Assembly (NCBI GenBank): GCA_964291295.2
Contig: OZ219754.1
Coordinates: 2,336,001 to 2,400,000 of the forward strand
Origin: an uncultured Candidatus Binatia bacterium
Lineage (GTDB): Bacteria; Desulfobacterota; Binatia; UBA9968; JAJDTQ01
DNA length: 64,000 nt
Direction of reading: 5' to 3'
The notes beneath the pieces are model-generated. The model did not search any database and had not been told where the DNA came from. It was given only the letters and a program-made list of their open reading frames with translations. Made by a program: the position numbers and the translations under genes. Of this stretch, positions 54,054-63,171 are shown piece by piece (position 1 is the first letter of the stretch; every line of letters begins with the position of its first letter).

Positions 54054-56105
54054 CTAAGACCAGGTGGACCCTTCGGAACTTCCCTGGCGGCTTTCCAGCC
54101 TGAGGTTGCCCCGGGCGTCCACGGAAAGGTCGAAGGAAGGGTACACGACGGTGGTGGAACCGTACTCCTCGACGACGGCGGGGCCGGGCACGTGGAAGCC
54201 CGGGGCGAGGTCGGTGCGGCGGTAGACGGCCGCTGTCACCGGAGTCGGGCTGCTCGGGAAGAGCGCCGGCCGCCGGTGCTCGGGCCGCGCCGGGCCGCTG
54301 CCCGGGAGCGCGGCGGCGAGGGTCATCTCCGGCAGGCGACCGATGCAGCGCACGCGGTAGTGGACGATCTCCAGGGACTCGTCCCCGGCGGTATGACCGA
54401 ACAGGCGTCCGTGGGCCTCGTGGAAGAGCCGGCGCAGCTCCTCCGGGCGGAGGTCCCGGGCCGGCACGGTGACTTCGTAGGACTGGCCGGGATAGCGCAT
54501 GTCCAGGAAATCCTCGGTGTCGATGCAGTCCGGGGTCACGCTCTGCTCCCGGAGTTCCTGGACGCCCTTGGCCCGGAGTTCCGCCATCGTCTCACGGATG
54601 GCGCTCGCGGGGGTTTCGTCCAGCGCGCTGATGCGGGTGACGGAGTTGCTGCGTATCAGGTCGGTCCGCAGCATGCCGGCGGCGCAGAAATTGCCCGGAT
54701 CCCGAGGGATGCAGATCTCGGGAATCTCCAGTTCCCGGGCGACCGGGCAGGCTACCGCGGGTCCGGCACCTCCGTAGGCCATCAGGATGAAGTCCCTGGG
54801 GTCGTAGCCTTTCTCGATGGTGACCGAGCGCATGGACATGGCCACTTGGGCGGCAAGCACCTCGACGATGCCGGCGGCGGCCCGCTCCGGCGTCATGTCC
54901 AGGGGCGCGGCGATGGTGTCGGCGATGGCCTGTCGAGCCGCCGCGGCATCGATGGGCATGGCACCGTCCAGCAGCGCCTCCCGGTTGAGGTGTCCCAGCA
55001 CCACCAGCGCGTCGGTGAGGGTGGGCTGGTCGCCGGCGCCGTAGCAGGCGGGCCCGGGCACGGCGCCGGCGCTTCGGGGGCCTACCTTGAGTATGCGGCC
55101 GGACTCGACCCGGGCAATGCTGCCGCCGCCGCTGCCGATGGTCTCGATGTCGACGGTGGCGGCGCGCACGGTATAGCCCGCCACCTTGCTCTCGGACGCG
55201 GTCAGAAGCTTGCCGGGGATCACCGACATGTCGCAGCTCGTGCCGCCGATATCCAGCGTGATGGCGTTCTCGCGGCCGATCTCCCGGCACAGCCGCCGGG
55301 TCCCCACCACGCCCGCCACCGGTCCCGACATGAGCGTCTGCACCGGCACCCGGGCGATGACTCCGGGCGTGGCCACACCGCCGTTGGACTGCATGATCAG
55401 CACGTGGGCACCGTTCAGCAGCTCGTGGACGGCGGTTTCGATGGTGCCGACGTAGCCGCTGACCCGCGGGCCGATGAATGCGTTGACCACGGTGGTGCTG
55501 GTGCGTTCGAACTCCCGGAACTGTGGGTCCACCTCCGACGACAGCGTCACGTAGACGTCCGGACACAGCTCTTCCAGAATCGCCCGAAGCTGCCGTTCGT
55601 GATCGGGAGCGGCGAAGGAGAAGAGCAGGCTCACGGCTACCGAGCGAACACCGGCGTCCAGGAGCGCGCTCACCCTGGCCCGGGCCTGCTCCGCGTCCAG
55701 GGGAAGCACCTCGCGGCCTCGGGAGTCCACGCGCTCCCGCACCGGTTGGATCAGATGCCGCGGCACGAGCGGCCGGGGGCGGTCGAAGAACAGGTTGTAG
55801 ACCTGATCGCCGCGCCATTGGCGGTCGAGTTCCAGGAGGTCGCGGAACCCTTCGGTGACCAGCAGCCCGGGTGCCGGCTCCCGTCCCTCCAGCAGCGTGT
55901 TGAGCCCGATGGTGGTGCCGTGGAGCACATAGCGGGCCGCGTCCGGCAGCCGTGCGGTGATTTCGCCAAGGCCGGCGGCGATGGCCGCGGTGGGGTCCCG
56001 GGGCTGCGATGGCACCTTCCAGGTGAAGCAGACCCGTCCGCTGTCCTCGTCGAACACGCTCAGGTCGGTGAACGTGCCGCCGGTGTCAATTCCGATGCGG
56101 AGCAC
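54054..56105 (-). CDS. Hydantoinase/oxoprolinase family, A subunit (second paralog)
   Basis: IGIDTGGTFTD, HGTT, REFERTSTT, MQSNGG, SGPVAG, DIGGTSCD, SAGAVPGPACYG, DMRYPGQSYE. Confidence 0.93.
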   Translation of the reverse strand: MLRIGIDTGGTFTDLSVFDEDSGRVCFTWKVPSQPRDPTAAIAAGLGEITARLPDAARYVLHGTTIGLNTLLEGREPAPGLLVTEGFRDLLELDRQWRGDQVYNLFFDRPRPLVPRHLIQPVRERVDSRGREVLPLDAEQARARVSALLDAGVRSVAVSLLFSFAAPDHERQLRAILEELCPDVYVTLSSEVDPQFREFERTSTTVVNAFIGPRVSGYVGTIETAVHELLNGAHVLIMQSNGGVATPGVIARVPVQTLMSGPVAGVVGTRRLCREIGRENAITLDIGGTSCDMSVIPGKLLTASESKVAGYTVRAATVDIETIGSGGGSIARVESGRILKVGPRSAGAVPGPACYGAGDQPTLTDALVVLGHLNREALLDGAMPIDAAAARQAIADTIAAPLDMTPERAAAGIVEVLAAQVAMSMRSVTIEKGYDPRDFILMAYGGAGPAVACPVARELEIPEICIPRDPGNFCAAGMLRTDLIRSNSVTRISALDETPASAIRETMAELRAKGVQELREQSVTPDCIDTEDFLDMRYPGQSYEVTVPARDLRPEELRRLFHEAHGRLFGHTAGDESLEIVHYRVRCIGRLPEMTLAAALPGSGPARPEHRRPALFPSSPTPVTAAVYRRTDLAPGFHVPGPAVVEEYGSTTVVYPSFDLSVDARGNLRLESRQGSSEGSTWS

Positions 56106-57834
56106 GCGGGCTGCCCGTTTCCCGGCGTTGTCGCTCGGTGGCTGCGGTGTCCACGTTCAGGGTGGCCGCGTCGATGACCACCCCGTAAACGTCCCGGGCC
56201 GCCTCCGGCGATACGTAGCCGTCGCGCACGTCGTCCCGCACGAGCTCGGGGTTCCGCGCCAGCGGATCGCCCCAACCCCCGCCGCCGCCCAGCTCCAGCA
56301 GCAGGATGTCACCCCTGGACAACCGGAGGTTGGCCGTCTTGGAGTGAAGCGTCCGGGCATCGGGAGTGCCCGGATTGAGGCTGCAGCGGGCAGGTGCGCT
56401 CGGGCGGGCGCCGAAGAGACCGGGCGACGAGAACTTGAAGCGGTCCAGCCGCAGGTTGACGGTGACGTGGTCGTTCAGCACTTGCCAGCCGCGTCGGATC
56501 CCCAGGCCGCCACGGAACTTTCCCGCCCCCGCGGAGTCCGGATTGATCTCGAAGCACTGCATCCGCACCGGGAACTCGTTCTCCAAGGCTTCCACCGGTG
56601 TGCTCATGACGTTGCTGATGTCGGCGGCACAGCCGCTGATGCCGTCCTTGCCGGGCCGGGCGCCGTAGCCGCCCCACAGGATTTCGTACTGCGAGTAGCG
56701 CCGCCCTCCGGGCTCGACGCCGTTGAACGACACCGCACCGCCGGAGCTGCTCTGAGGCGCGGCCACGCGGTCCGGCAGGGCCTGGGCCAAGACCATCATG
56801 ACCACCGGTGCCAGCCGGTGGCAGGTGGTGGCGTACATGTTCACCGGAGCGGGGAACTCGGGGTTCAGCAGGTGACCGGGACTGGGGAGGGTGATGCGGA
56901 TGGGCGCGGAGCAGCCCTGGTTCTTGGGCAGATCCGGTCCGATGGCTGCCTGTACACAGTATTCCACCACCGCCCGTACCACGCAGGGCCGGAGGTTCAG
57001 GGGGCCGCGCGACTGCCGGGCCGAGGCGAACTCGAACTCCAGTTCGTCGCCGCGCACCCGCAGCGTCGCCGTCACTTCCAGGGGTCGGTCCAGCTCCACG
57101 CCGTCATCGTCGATGTGATCGGTGACCGGCCCGTAGGTGCCGGGCGGCAGGGCGGCGATGCGCGCGCGCAGTTCCCGTTCGGTGATGGCGATGCGTTCCT
57201 CCCAGCAGGCCAGCACGTCGTCCAGGCCGAAACGGTGGGCCAAGGCGGTAATCCGCTCGATGCCCTGAAGGTTCGAGGTCACCTGCGCGTGGATGTCGCC
57301 CCAGGTCACCTCCGGAGTGCGGGTGTTGGCGCGGAGAAGCTGTTTCACCGCCTCGTTGAGAACGCCTCCCTCGTAGAGCTTCAGAGGCGGGATCAGGAGG
57401 CCCTCCTGAAACACCTCGGTGGCGTCGCCGGCGTTGGTGCCCGGCACCTTGCCGCCGATATCCGGCTTGTGGGCCGTGTTGCCGACGAAGGCGATGAGCC
57501 GCCCTTGGTGAAATACCGGAGAGATCAGCGTGACGTCGCTGGGGTGGTTCTGGCAGTAGCGGTAGGGGTGGTTCAGGATGAAGGTGTCGCCCTCGCCGAT
57601 GGCGCCGGAGAAGTCCTGGAGGATCCCCTTCAGCTGGGAGCCCACCACCCCGAGCCCCACCGGATTGGGCGAGTATTGTCCGACGTTGCGTCCCTGTCGG
57701 TCGCAGATGCTCAGGGCCAGGTCCTGACTCTCCTTGACGATGGACGAATAGCCGTTGCGCATGAGCTTCCGCGTCAACTCGTACGCGATCTGGTTGGTGG
57801 CGTTGTAGATGACCTCGAGCTTGATGGCGTCCAT
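56086..57834 (-). CDS. Hydantoinase B/oxoprolinase subunit (second paralog)
   Basis: MDAIKLEVI, YSSIVKESQD, NHPY...NHPSD, HKPDIGG, QEGLLIPP, DSAGAGKFRGGLG, GGGGWGDPLAR. Confidence 0.92.
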   Translation of the reverse strand: MDAIKLEVIYNATNQIAYELTRKLMRNGYSSIVKESQDLALSICDRQGRNVGQYSPNPVGLGVVGSQLKGILQDFSGAIGEGDTFILNHPYRYCQNHPSDVTLISPVFHQGRLIAFVGNTAHKPDIGGKVPGTNAGDATEVFQEGLLIPPLKLYEGGVLNEAVKQLLRANTRTPEVTWGDIHAQVTSNLQGIERITALAHRFGLDDVLACWEERIAITERELRARIAALPPGTYGPVTDHIDDDGVELDRPLEVTATLRVRGDELEFEFASARQSRGPLNLRPCVVRAVVEYCVQAAIGPDLPKNQGCSAPIRITLPSPGHLLNPEFPAPVNMYATTCHRLAPVVMMVLAQALPDRVAAPQSSSGGAVSFNGVEPGGRRYSQYEILWGGYGARPGKDGISGCAADISNVMSTPVEALENEFPVRMQCFEINPDSAGAGKFRGGLGIRRGWQVLNDHVTVNLRLDRFKFSSPGLFGARPSAPARCSLNPGTPDARTLHSKTANLRLSRGDILLLELGGGGGWGDPLARNPELVRDDVRDGYVSPEAARDVYGVVIDAATLNVDTAATERQRRETGSPRAPHRN

Positions 57835-57981
57835 TTCGAGGGCTCGCTGCCGCACAGGGCGGGTTGTCCGTGTCGGGTGCGGAAGCCCGACTTGCAACGG
57901 TCGGAAAGGGTATGCAATTCTGCAACCGCTGTCAACATTGCCTCGGACAGCGCCGAACCGGGCCTGGGAGGAGCCGATTCC

Positions 57982-58191
57982 ATGAAGTACAGGACCCTTA
58001 CCGCGGTGGGGCTGGTGGCGGCGATTGTCGTCGGGCTGGCGGCCCGGGCGGTGGTGTACGCGGTTCTGACACCGGGTTCCACGACCGACTTCGTGGCCAC
58101 CGTCGTCTTCCTCGGCGGTTTCGCCGGCGGGCTGCTGGGATTTGCCGGCATCTTCCGGGTGCGGGAGGGGAAGCCCTTCTGGCCGTTCTGA
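57982..58191 (+). CDS. Small two-helix membrane protein (69 aa)
   Basis: GGAGGAG RBS, ATG 57982, two hydrophobic segments, ends KPFWPF; hidden at the end of a shadow ORF in the track. Confidence 0.7.
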   Translation: MKYRTLTAVGLVAAIVVGLAARAVVYAVLTPGSTTDFVATVVFLGGFAGGLLGFAGIFRVREGKPFWPF

Positions 58192-58448
58192 CCCGCGGGC
58201 AGGGCATGACAGGAGCGCTGGAGGGTACGGTGGCCGTGGCTGGCGGCGGACGCGTGGCCGGCGCCTGCACCGGGAGCCTCCCGGGGGATCCGGATTTCGC
58301 GCCCCTCCATTTCGAGGTCATCAAGGTGGAGATTCCCCGGACCGGCGGTCCAGCCCGCAGGCGGGACGCTCTCCGGAAGCTTCGTCTCCGGAAGCTTCGC
58401 AAGCGCGGCGTGATCTGAAGCGTGTTCCGGCAACTCTCTTTCACCGGC

Positions 58449-58994
58449 ATGGCAACACCCTCACGCACCGACTTTGTCGCGGCGATTCATCGAAGCCCCT
58501 TCATGGTCGTGCTGGTGGTGACCGGCGGCGGTACGCAGGCAGTGGCGGATCTGTTCGTGGTGCCCGGGGCGACACGCACGGTGCTGGAAGCGCTGGTGCC
58601 GTACAGTGACCGTTCCATGGCCGGTTTCCTGGGCGGGTCGCCGCCGCAGGCCGTCTCCGTGGAGACCGCGGCGGCGCTGGCGCGCAAGGCCCGCGAGCGG
58701 GCGCTGGCGCTGAGGCCGGCAGCAGGGGTCAGGGTGCTGGGAGTCGCCTGCACCGCCGCGCTGGTGACGGATCGCCCCCGCAAGGGGGAGCACTGCGCCC
58801 ACGTGGCGGTGTGCGGCGGCGAATCCGTCCAGGTCCGTTCGGTGACCCTGGAGAAGAACGCCCGCAGCCGGCAAGGTGAAGAACGTGTGGTGGCGGACAT
58901 GGTGCTGTCCGCGCTGGGCTTGGCCTGTGGCCTGGATGCCGCCCTGTGCGATGCGCTGCTGCCGGAAGAGCCGGTGCGCTTTCGCGTGATCTGA
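58449..58994 (+). CDS. CinA C-terminal-like (PncC-fold) domain protein
   Basis: VTGGG...L..VPGATRTVLEA.VPYS, AVS.ETA..LA, GVACTAAL.TDRP..GEH..HVA. Confidence 0.65.
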   Translation: MATPSRTDFVAAIHRSPFMVVLVVTGGGTQAVADLFVVPGATRTVLEALVPYSDRSMAGFLGGSPPQAVSVETAAALARKARERALALRPAAGVRVLGVACTAALVTDRPRKGEHCAHVAVCGGESVQVRSVTLEKNARSRQGEERVVADMVLSALGLACGLDAALCDALLPEEPVRFRVI

Positions 58995-59317
58995 CCGCGC
59001 GCCACGGCGGGATTCGGGGCCACATGGGGGCCGGGGGCGACGCCGGCAGTCCCCGCAGTCCAGATTCGGCTTTCCACCGAGGCGCCGGTGGTGTTGTCGC
59101 CGTGCCGGTCTCGTATTCAAGGCGGCGCCGCCAGGACGGCGACGCCGCGGCAACCGCCGGTCGCGACAAGAAGCGGTTCCGGCGCCTTGGCCGGATACGT
59201 GCCGGCGGAGGTGCCGGAGCGTGCCACCACAGCGCCGCGAACCACCGGTGGCCGATACACCGGCAGGTGTGGTACAGGCCGCTGTTGTCCGTTTCATCGT
59301 CAAGGGAGGAGAGGCAC

Positions 59318-60124
59318 ATGGAGCGCCAAGTCGTCGTGGATGGTCTCGGGATACGCTATCTGGAGGAGGGGGCGGGTACGCCGGTGATCATGGTGCATGG
59401 CGCCTCGCTGGGCTCGTCCGCGGACGTGTTCGAACGCCATCTGGGGCCGTTGGCGGAGGCCGGTTTCCGCGCGGTGGCCCTGGACCAGCCTGGCTTCGGC
59501 GGGTCCGATGTTCCGGGGGACCACACCTTGGCCTACCGGGTCGGTTTCCTGCCGCGGTTCATGAGCGCCATCGGCGCCGGCAAGGCCGCGCTCATCGGCC
59601 ACTCCCAGGCCGGCGGCATCGTGGTGCGGTGCGCGCTGGACCATCCCGACCGCGTGGCCAAGGTGCTGGTGGTGTGCAGCGGCAGCCTCCTGCAGGGGCT
59701 CCCGGGTTTCCCGCCGCCGGCGCACGCAAGCGGTGCGCGCACCGACGCGCTGCCAACGCCGGAGGACAGCCGCAAGCTCCTGGAGTCGAACCTTTATCAC
59801 AAGGAGTTGATCACGCCGGCGGTTCTGGAGAAGCGCCACCGCCTGAGCCTGGGCCGGAACTTCGAGGCGTTCCTGGAGCGACAGCGGGTGATGGAGCCCG
59901 GGCAGGACGGTCCGCCCCTGTGGGAGCGGCTCACGGAAGTGCGGCCGCCGCTGCTGCTGCTCTACGGCAGGCAGGACCGCAACCAGGCGGCCGAAAAGTG
60001 TGCGGCACTGAAGCGGTTGAGGCCCGGACTCCGCCTGGAGATCATCGACAAGGCCTGCCACCTGCTCATGTGGGATGCGGGCGAGGTCTACGACCGCCGG
60101 GCCATCGAGTTTCTTGCGGAGTGA
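59318..60124 (+). CDS. Alpha/beta fold hydrolase
   Basis: HG oxyanion motif, DQPGFGGSD, nucleophile elbow GHSQAGG, YGRQD, ACH; GGAGAGAGG RBS. Confidence 0.9.
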   Translation: MERQVVVDGLGIRYLEEGAGTPVIMVHGASLGSSADVFERHLGPLAEAGFRAVALDQPGFGGSDVPGDHTLAYRVGFLPRFMSAIGAGKAALIGHSQAGGIVVRCALDHPDRVAKVLVVCSGSLLQGLPGFPPPAHASGARTDALPTPEDSRKLLESNLYHKELITPAVLEKRHRLSLGRNFEAFLERQRVMEPGQDGPPLWERLTEVRPPLLLLYGRQDRNQAAEKCAALKRLRPGLRLEIIDKACHLLMWDAGEVYDRRAIEFLAE

Positions 60125-60136
60125 CGCGGCAAGGCG

Positions 60137-62386
60137 TCATGCCGGCGGCGGTGCCTGCGCCACCAGGCCGAAATCCCGCAGCGGCTGGTGCTCGTTGCTC
60201 AGCTCCGGGCAGAACGTATCCACCTGGAGCAGAGACGCGCAGCCGGGGCAGCAGTACTCGACGAAGCAGGCGATGTACGGTTCGCCCGACGGCATCTTCT
60301 GTCCCGACAGCTCCTCCAGGTCGAGCTTCCGTCTGAGCGCATAGCGTTTGTAGTTGTCGTGCTCCTCGCAATAGCGGTGGGCGCAGCGGGTGCACTGAAT
60401 GACCCGCCGGCCGCCTTCGCTGGCGATGGCCAGGCAGGGATGGAACCGCAGCACTTCCGCGCCGGCGGGCGGGGTGGGCGAGCCGCCGGACAGCGCGCTG
60501 GTGGTGCCGGCCAGAGGTGTGCCCCGGGCCAGCCGTTCCGCGCGTATCGCCTCCCGCCGGCCCTCCGTGGCCTCGGTATCCACGGCTCCCCGGGCCGTGA
60601 CCACGACCCCGAACACCTTCTCGGCCATGCGCCGCGAGGTGACGCCCACGCGGATGTCGCGTCGGACCTTTTCCGGATCGCGTTCCAGGGGGTCGCCGAA
60701 GCCGCCGCCACCGCCCACGAAGTCGGCCACGATGCAGTACTCCGGAAGCGGCACCCGTCCCTGGATCTGGTCCGGATGGGCCAGGACACCCCAGTTCTCG
60801 CTCTCCAGTTGCGCCGGCTGGACGGGATAGGCGCCGCCGCGCAACCGTTCCATCAAGGAGGCGCCGTCGGTGTGGAACACGGCTCGGGTTCCGCCGATGC
60901 CTGTGGGGTAGCCGCCGAACAGTCCCGCGCCCTCGGGCAGGCAACCGTAAGGGGGGTAGTTGACGCTGCAGTCCCGGGTGCCGAAGACCATGTAGATCCG
61001 ATAGCTGCCGGTGCCGCCGGTGTGCCTGCCGGCGCCGCCGCCGTCGATGTGGTGATTTCGGGTGAAGTAGAGGAACGGGTATTGCATCTCGATGCGTTCG
61101 ATGTCGCTGATGCCGCCGCCGGGAATGTTCATGTTGCCGCCGCAGGGAACCCCGTCCCGTACCGGCGTTGCGCCGAAGCCGGCGCCGTGGCCGTCGTAGA
61201 GGCCCTGGGCGGTCACCAGTCCTTGGCGATTGTGGCCGCCGTAGAAGGCCAGCGGACCGCCGCTGTACCAGATGCCCTGCCAGGCGGCGTTGATGTCGTC
61301 GCTGCCGCTGCTGTAGAGCATGCGCGCGATGCAGTCGCTCAGTGCCACCTTGGCCGTGACCCCCACCGCCGGCGCGTTGCCGCAGGCTGCCGGGAACCGG
61401 CAGTTGAGAATGCTGCCCTCGGGGATGGTGACGGAGAGGGGTTTGAACTTGCCGTCGCTCCAGGGAATGTCCCAGAAGAGGAAGTCCGTCAGCGCCACCG
61501 CCAACTGGGCCATGGTGCCCGCCAGGGTGGAGTTGGACATGTCGTTCATCTGGCCGCTGGTGCCGCTGAAGTCCAGGTGCATCGCCTCGGCCTTCTTCTC
61601 GAGCCGGCACACCACGTGGTAGGGCTTGACCCGGCCGCTCCCGCGGTCCCAGGCGGTGCCCGGAATCACCGACGTCCAGACGCCGTCCGGCAGACTCCGG
61701 AGCCGGGCCCGGGCCATGCGCTCCGAGTCCTCGATGACCTTGCGTCCGGCCATCTCGATGAAGTCGACGCCGAACTTCTCCACCAGTTCCAGGAATCCCC
61801 GGGCACACACGTTGTTGGAGGCGATCTGCGACCGGATGTCCTGGCCGACATACTCAGGGTCGCGGCATTGTTGCGTCAGACAGCGGAAGGCGTCTTCCCG
61901 GAACTCGCCCTTCTCGACGACCTTGGCGCCTTGTATCCGGATGCCTTCGTGGTAGATCTCCGTGGCCACGCCCCGGAGCGAGCCGCCGGTGTCCGCGGTG
62001 TGGATGCTGGACGCGATCCAGTTGGTGAGCACGCCGTCATGGAAGATGGGCTTCATGATCAGCATGTCGTAGGTGTGGGCGCCGGCAATGTAGGGATCGT
62101 TGAAGAAGAGCTGGTCGCCGTCGAAGAAGCCGGGACTCTCGCCGTACCACTCGATGACCTTCCGGATGGCGTCGGACGTGGCCGCGGCGAACCGCAGGTG
62201 GCCCGAGCACGCCAGGACCATCGCGCCTTCGGCGGTGTAGAATGATGCCATGCACTCGCCCCCCTGGGCGACGATGGGGGAGGCGGTCACCTTCTGGATG
62301 GACGAACGCCCCTCCTCGCCGATGGCCCAGAGGCGGTGCAGGAACATCTCGTACCTGACGGGATCCAGTTCGGCCGTGTCTGCCAT
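60137..62386 (-). CDS. Hydantoinase B / acetone carboxylase alpha-like subunit fused to a C-terminal acetone carboxylase gamma-like Cys-rich domain
   Basis: AGGAG RBS before ATG 62386; LDPVRYEMF.HRL, NDPYIAGAHTYD, HTADTGG, HEGIRI, GGGGFGDPLERDP; tail CTRC...NYK...EYCCPGCASLLQVD. Confidence 0.85.
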   Translation of the reverse strand: MADTAELDPVRYEMFLHRLWAIGEEGRSSIQKVTASPIVAQGGECMASFYTAEGAMVLACSGHLRFAAATSDAIRKVIEWYGESPGFFDGDQLFFNDPYIAGAHTYDMLIMKPIFHDGVLTNWIASSIHTADTGGSLRGVATEIYHEGIRIQGAKVVEKGEFREDAFRCLTQQCRDPEYVGQDIRSQIASNNVCARGFLELVEKFGVDFIEMAGRKVIEDSERMARARLRSLPDGVWTSVIPGTAWDRGSGRVKPYHVVCRLEKKAEAMHLDFSGTSGQMNDMSNSTLAGTMAQLAVALTDFLFWDIPWSDGKFKPLSVTIPEGSILNCRFPAACGNAPAVGVTAKVALSDCIARMLYSSGSDDINAAWQGIWYSGGPLAFYGGHNRQGLVTAQGLYDGHGAGFGATPVRDGVPCGGNMNIPGGGISDIERIEMQYPFLYFTRNHHIDGGGAGRHTGGTGSYRIYMVFGTRDCSVNYPPYGCLPEGAGLFGGYPTGIGGTRAVFHTDGASLMERLRGGAYPVQPAQLESENWGVLAHPDQIQGRVPLPEYCIVADFVGGGGGFGDPLERDPEKVRRDIRVGVTSRRMAEKVFGVVVTARGAVDTEATEGRREAIRAERLARGTPLAGTTSALSGGSPTPPAGAEVLRFHPCLAIASEGGRRVIQCTRCAHRYCEEHDNYKRYALRRKLDLEELSGQKMPSGEPYIACFVEYCCPGCASLLQVDTFCPELSNEHQPLRDFGLVAQAPPPA

Positions 62387-62693
62387 GCGATCAACTCCTG
62401 CGGCCGTCCCGATGGTGTCAGCGGGCGGCGCGGTGCGGGTGCGGTGCGTAGGGGTGGACGATCGGAATGTTCCCTTCCGGTGCGCGAACCGGACCCATGA
62501 ATGGAGGTGCGGTGCGGCGTTCAGTTCGCCACAGCCGCAGGTTCCTGTCAAATTGGGAATCGTCACCACCGGGAATCGGCCCGACCCGGGGTTACGGTCG
62601 GAAATGTCATGGCCGCCCTCGCGGGAGTGATCGCTCCGGCAGATGGGCTTCGGGAGGTTCGCCCCGGCCGGTGCGTTCCGGGAGATACATTCG

Positions 62694-62954
62694 ATGATGT
62701 CGAGACTTGAATCGGTTCCAAGGCTTTTGGCGGCGGCGGCACTGGGAACGCTGCTTGCCCTGCCGCTGGCCGCCTGTGGCGACGGCGCCAAGGAGTTGTT
62801 CGAGACGGCGCAGTTCGAGGAGGTCCAGAACAACCGGGAGCACGCGCGCAAGCTCTACCGCCGGATCCTGCGCGACCATCCGGGCAGCCCGTTCGCGGCC
62901 CGGGCGCGGGAACGGCTGGCGGTGCTGGCGCGGGAGGGGGTTGGCGGCGGGTGA
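62694..62954 (+). CDS. Small lipoprotein with a TPR-like helical pair
   Basis: Lipobox LAAC-G; A.ELFE.A...A..LY..I...HPGSPFA..A..RL; GGAGA RBS. Confidence 0.75.
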   Translation: MMSRLESVPRLLAAAALGTLLALPLAACGDGAKELFETAQFEEVQNNREHARKLYRRILRDHPGSPFAARARERLAVLAREGVGGG

Positions 62955-63171
62955 GGCGGCGGGTGGGCGTCGTCGCCGCGTGCCTGTCCGCAGGGGTCGG
63001 CGGCCCCGCACCGGTTCCGCGCGGTGGGCCGCCACCGGTGTTCGCTCCACTGGTGGGGCGAAGGCCGGTCGGCGAACGTGAGGACGGGCGGTCCGGCGGA
63101 TTCCGGCATCCGGGCCGTACAAGGAGGACAGCGGTGTTCGAGGCTTCCGGACCCGGTCGCGGGGAGGGTGC

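Noticed and set aside
54045-58191. Plus-strand ORFs 54045-56177 and 55957-58191
   Set aside because: Shadows of the minus-strand hydantoinase genes, except the last 69 codons, which are called separately.
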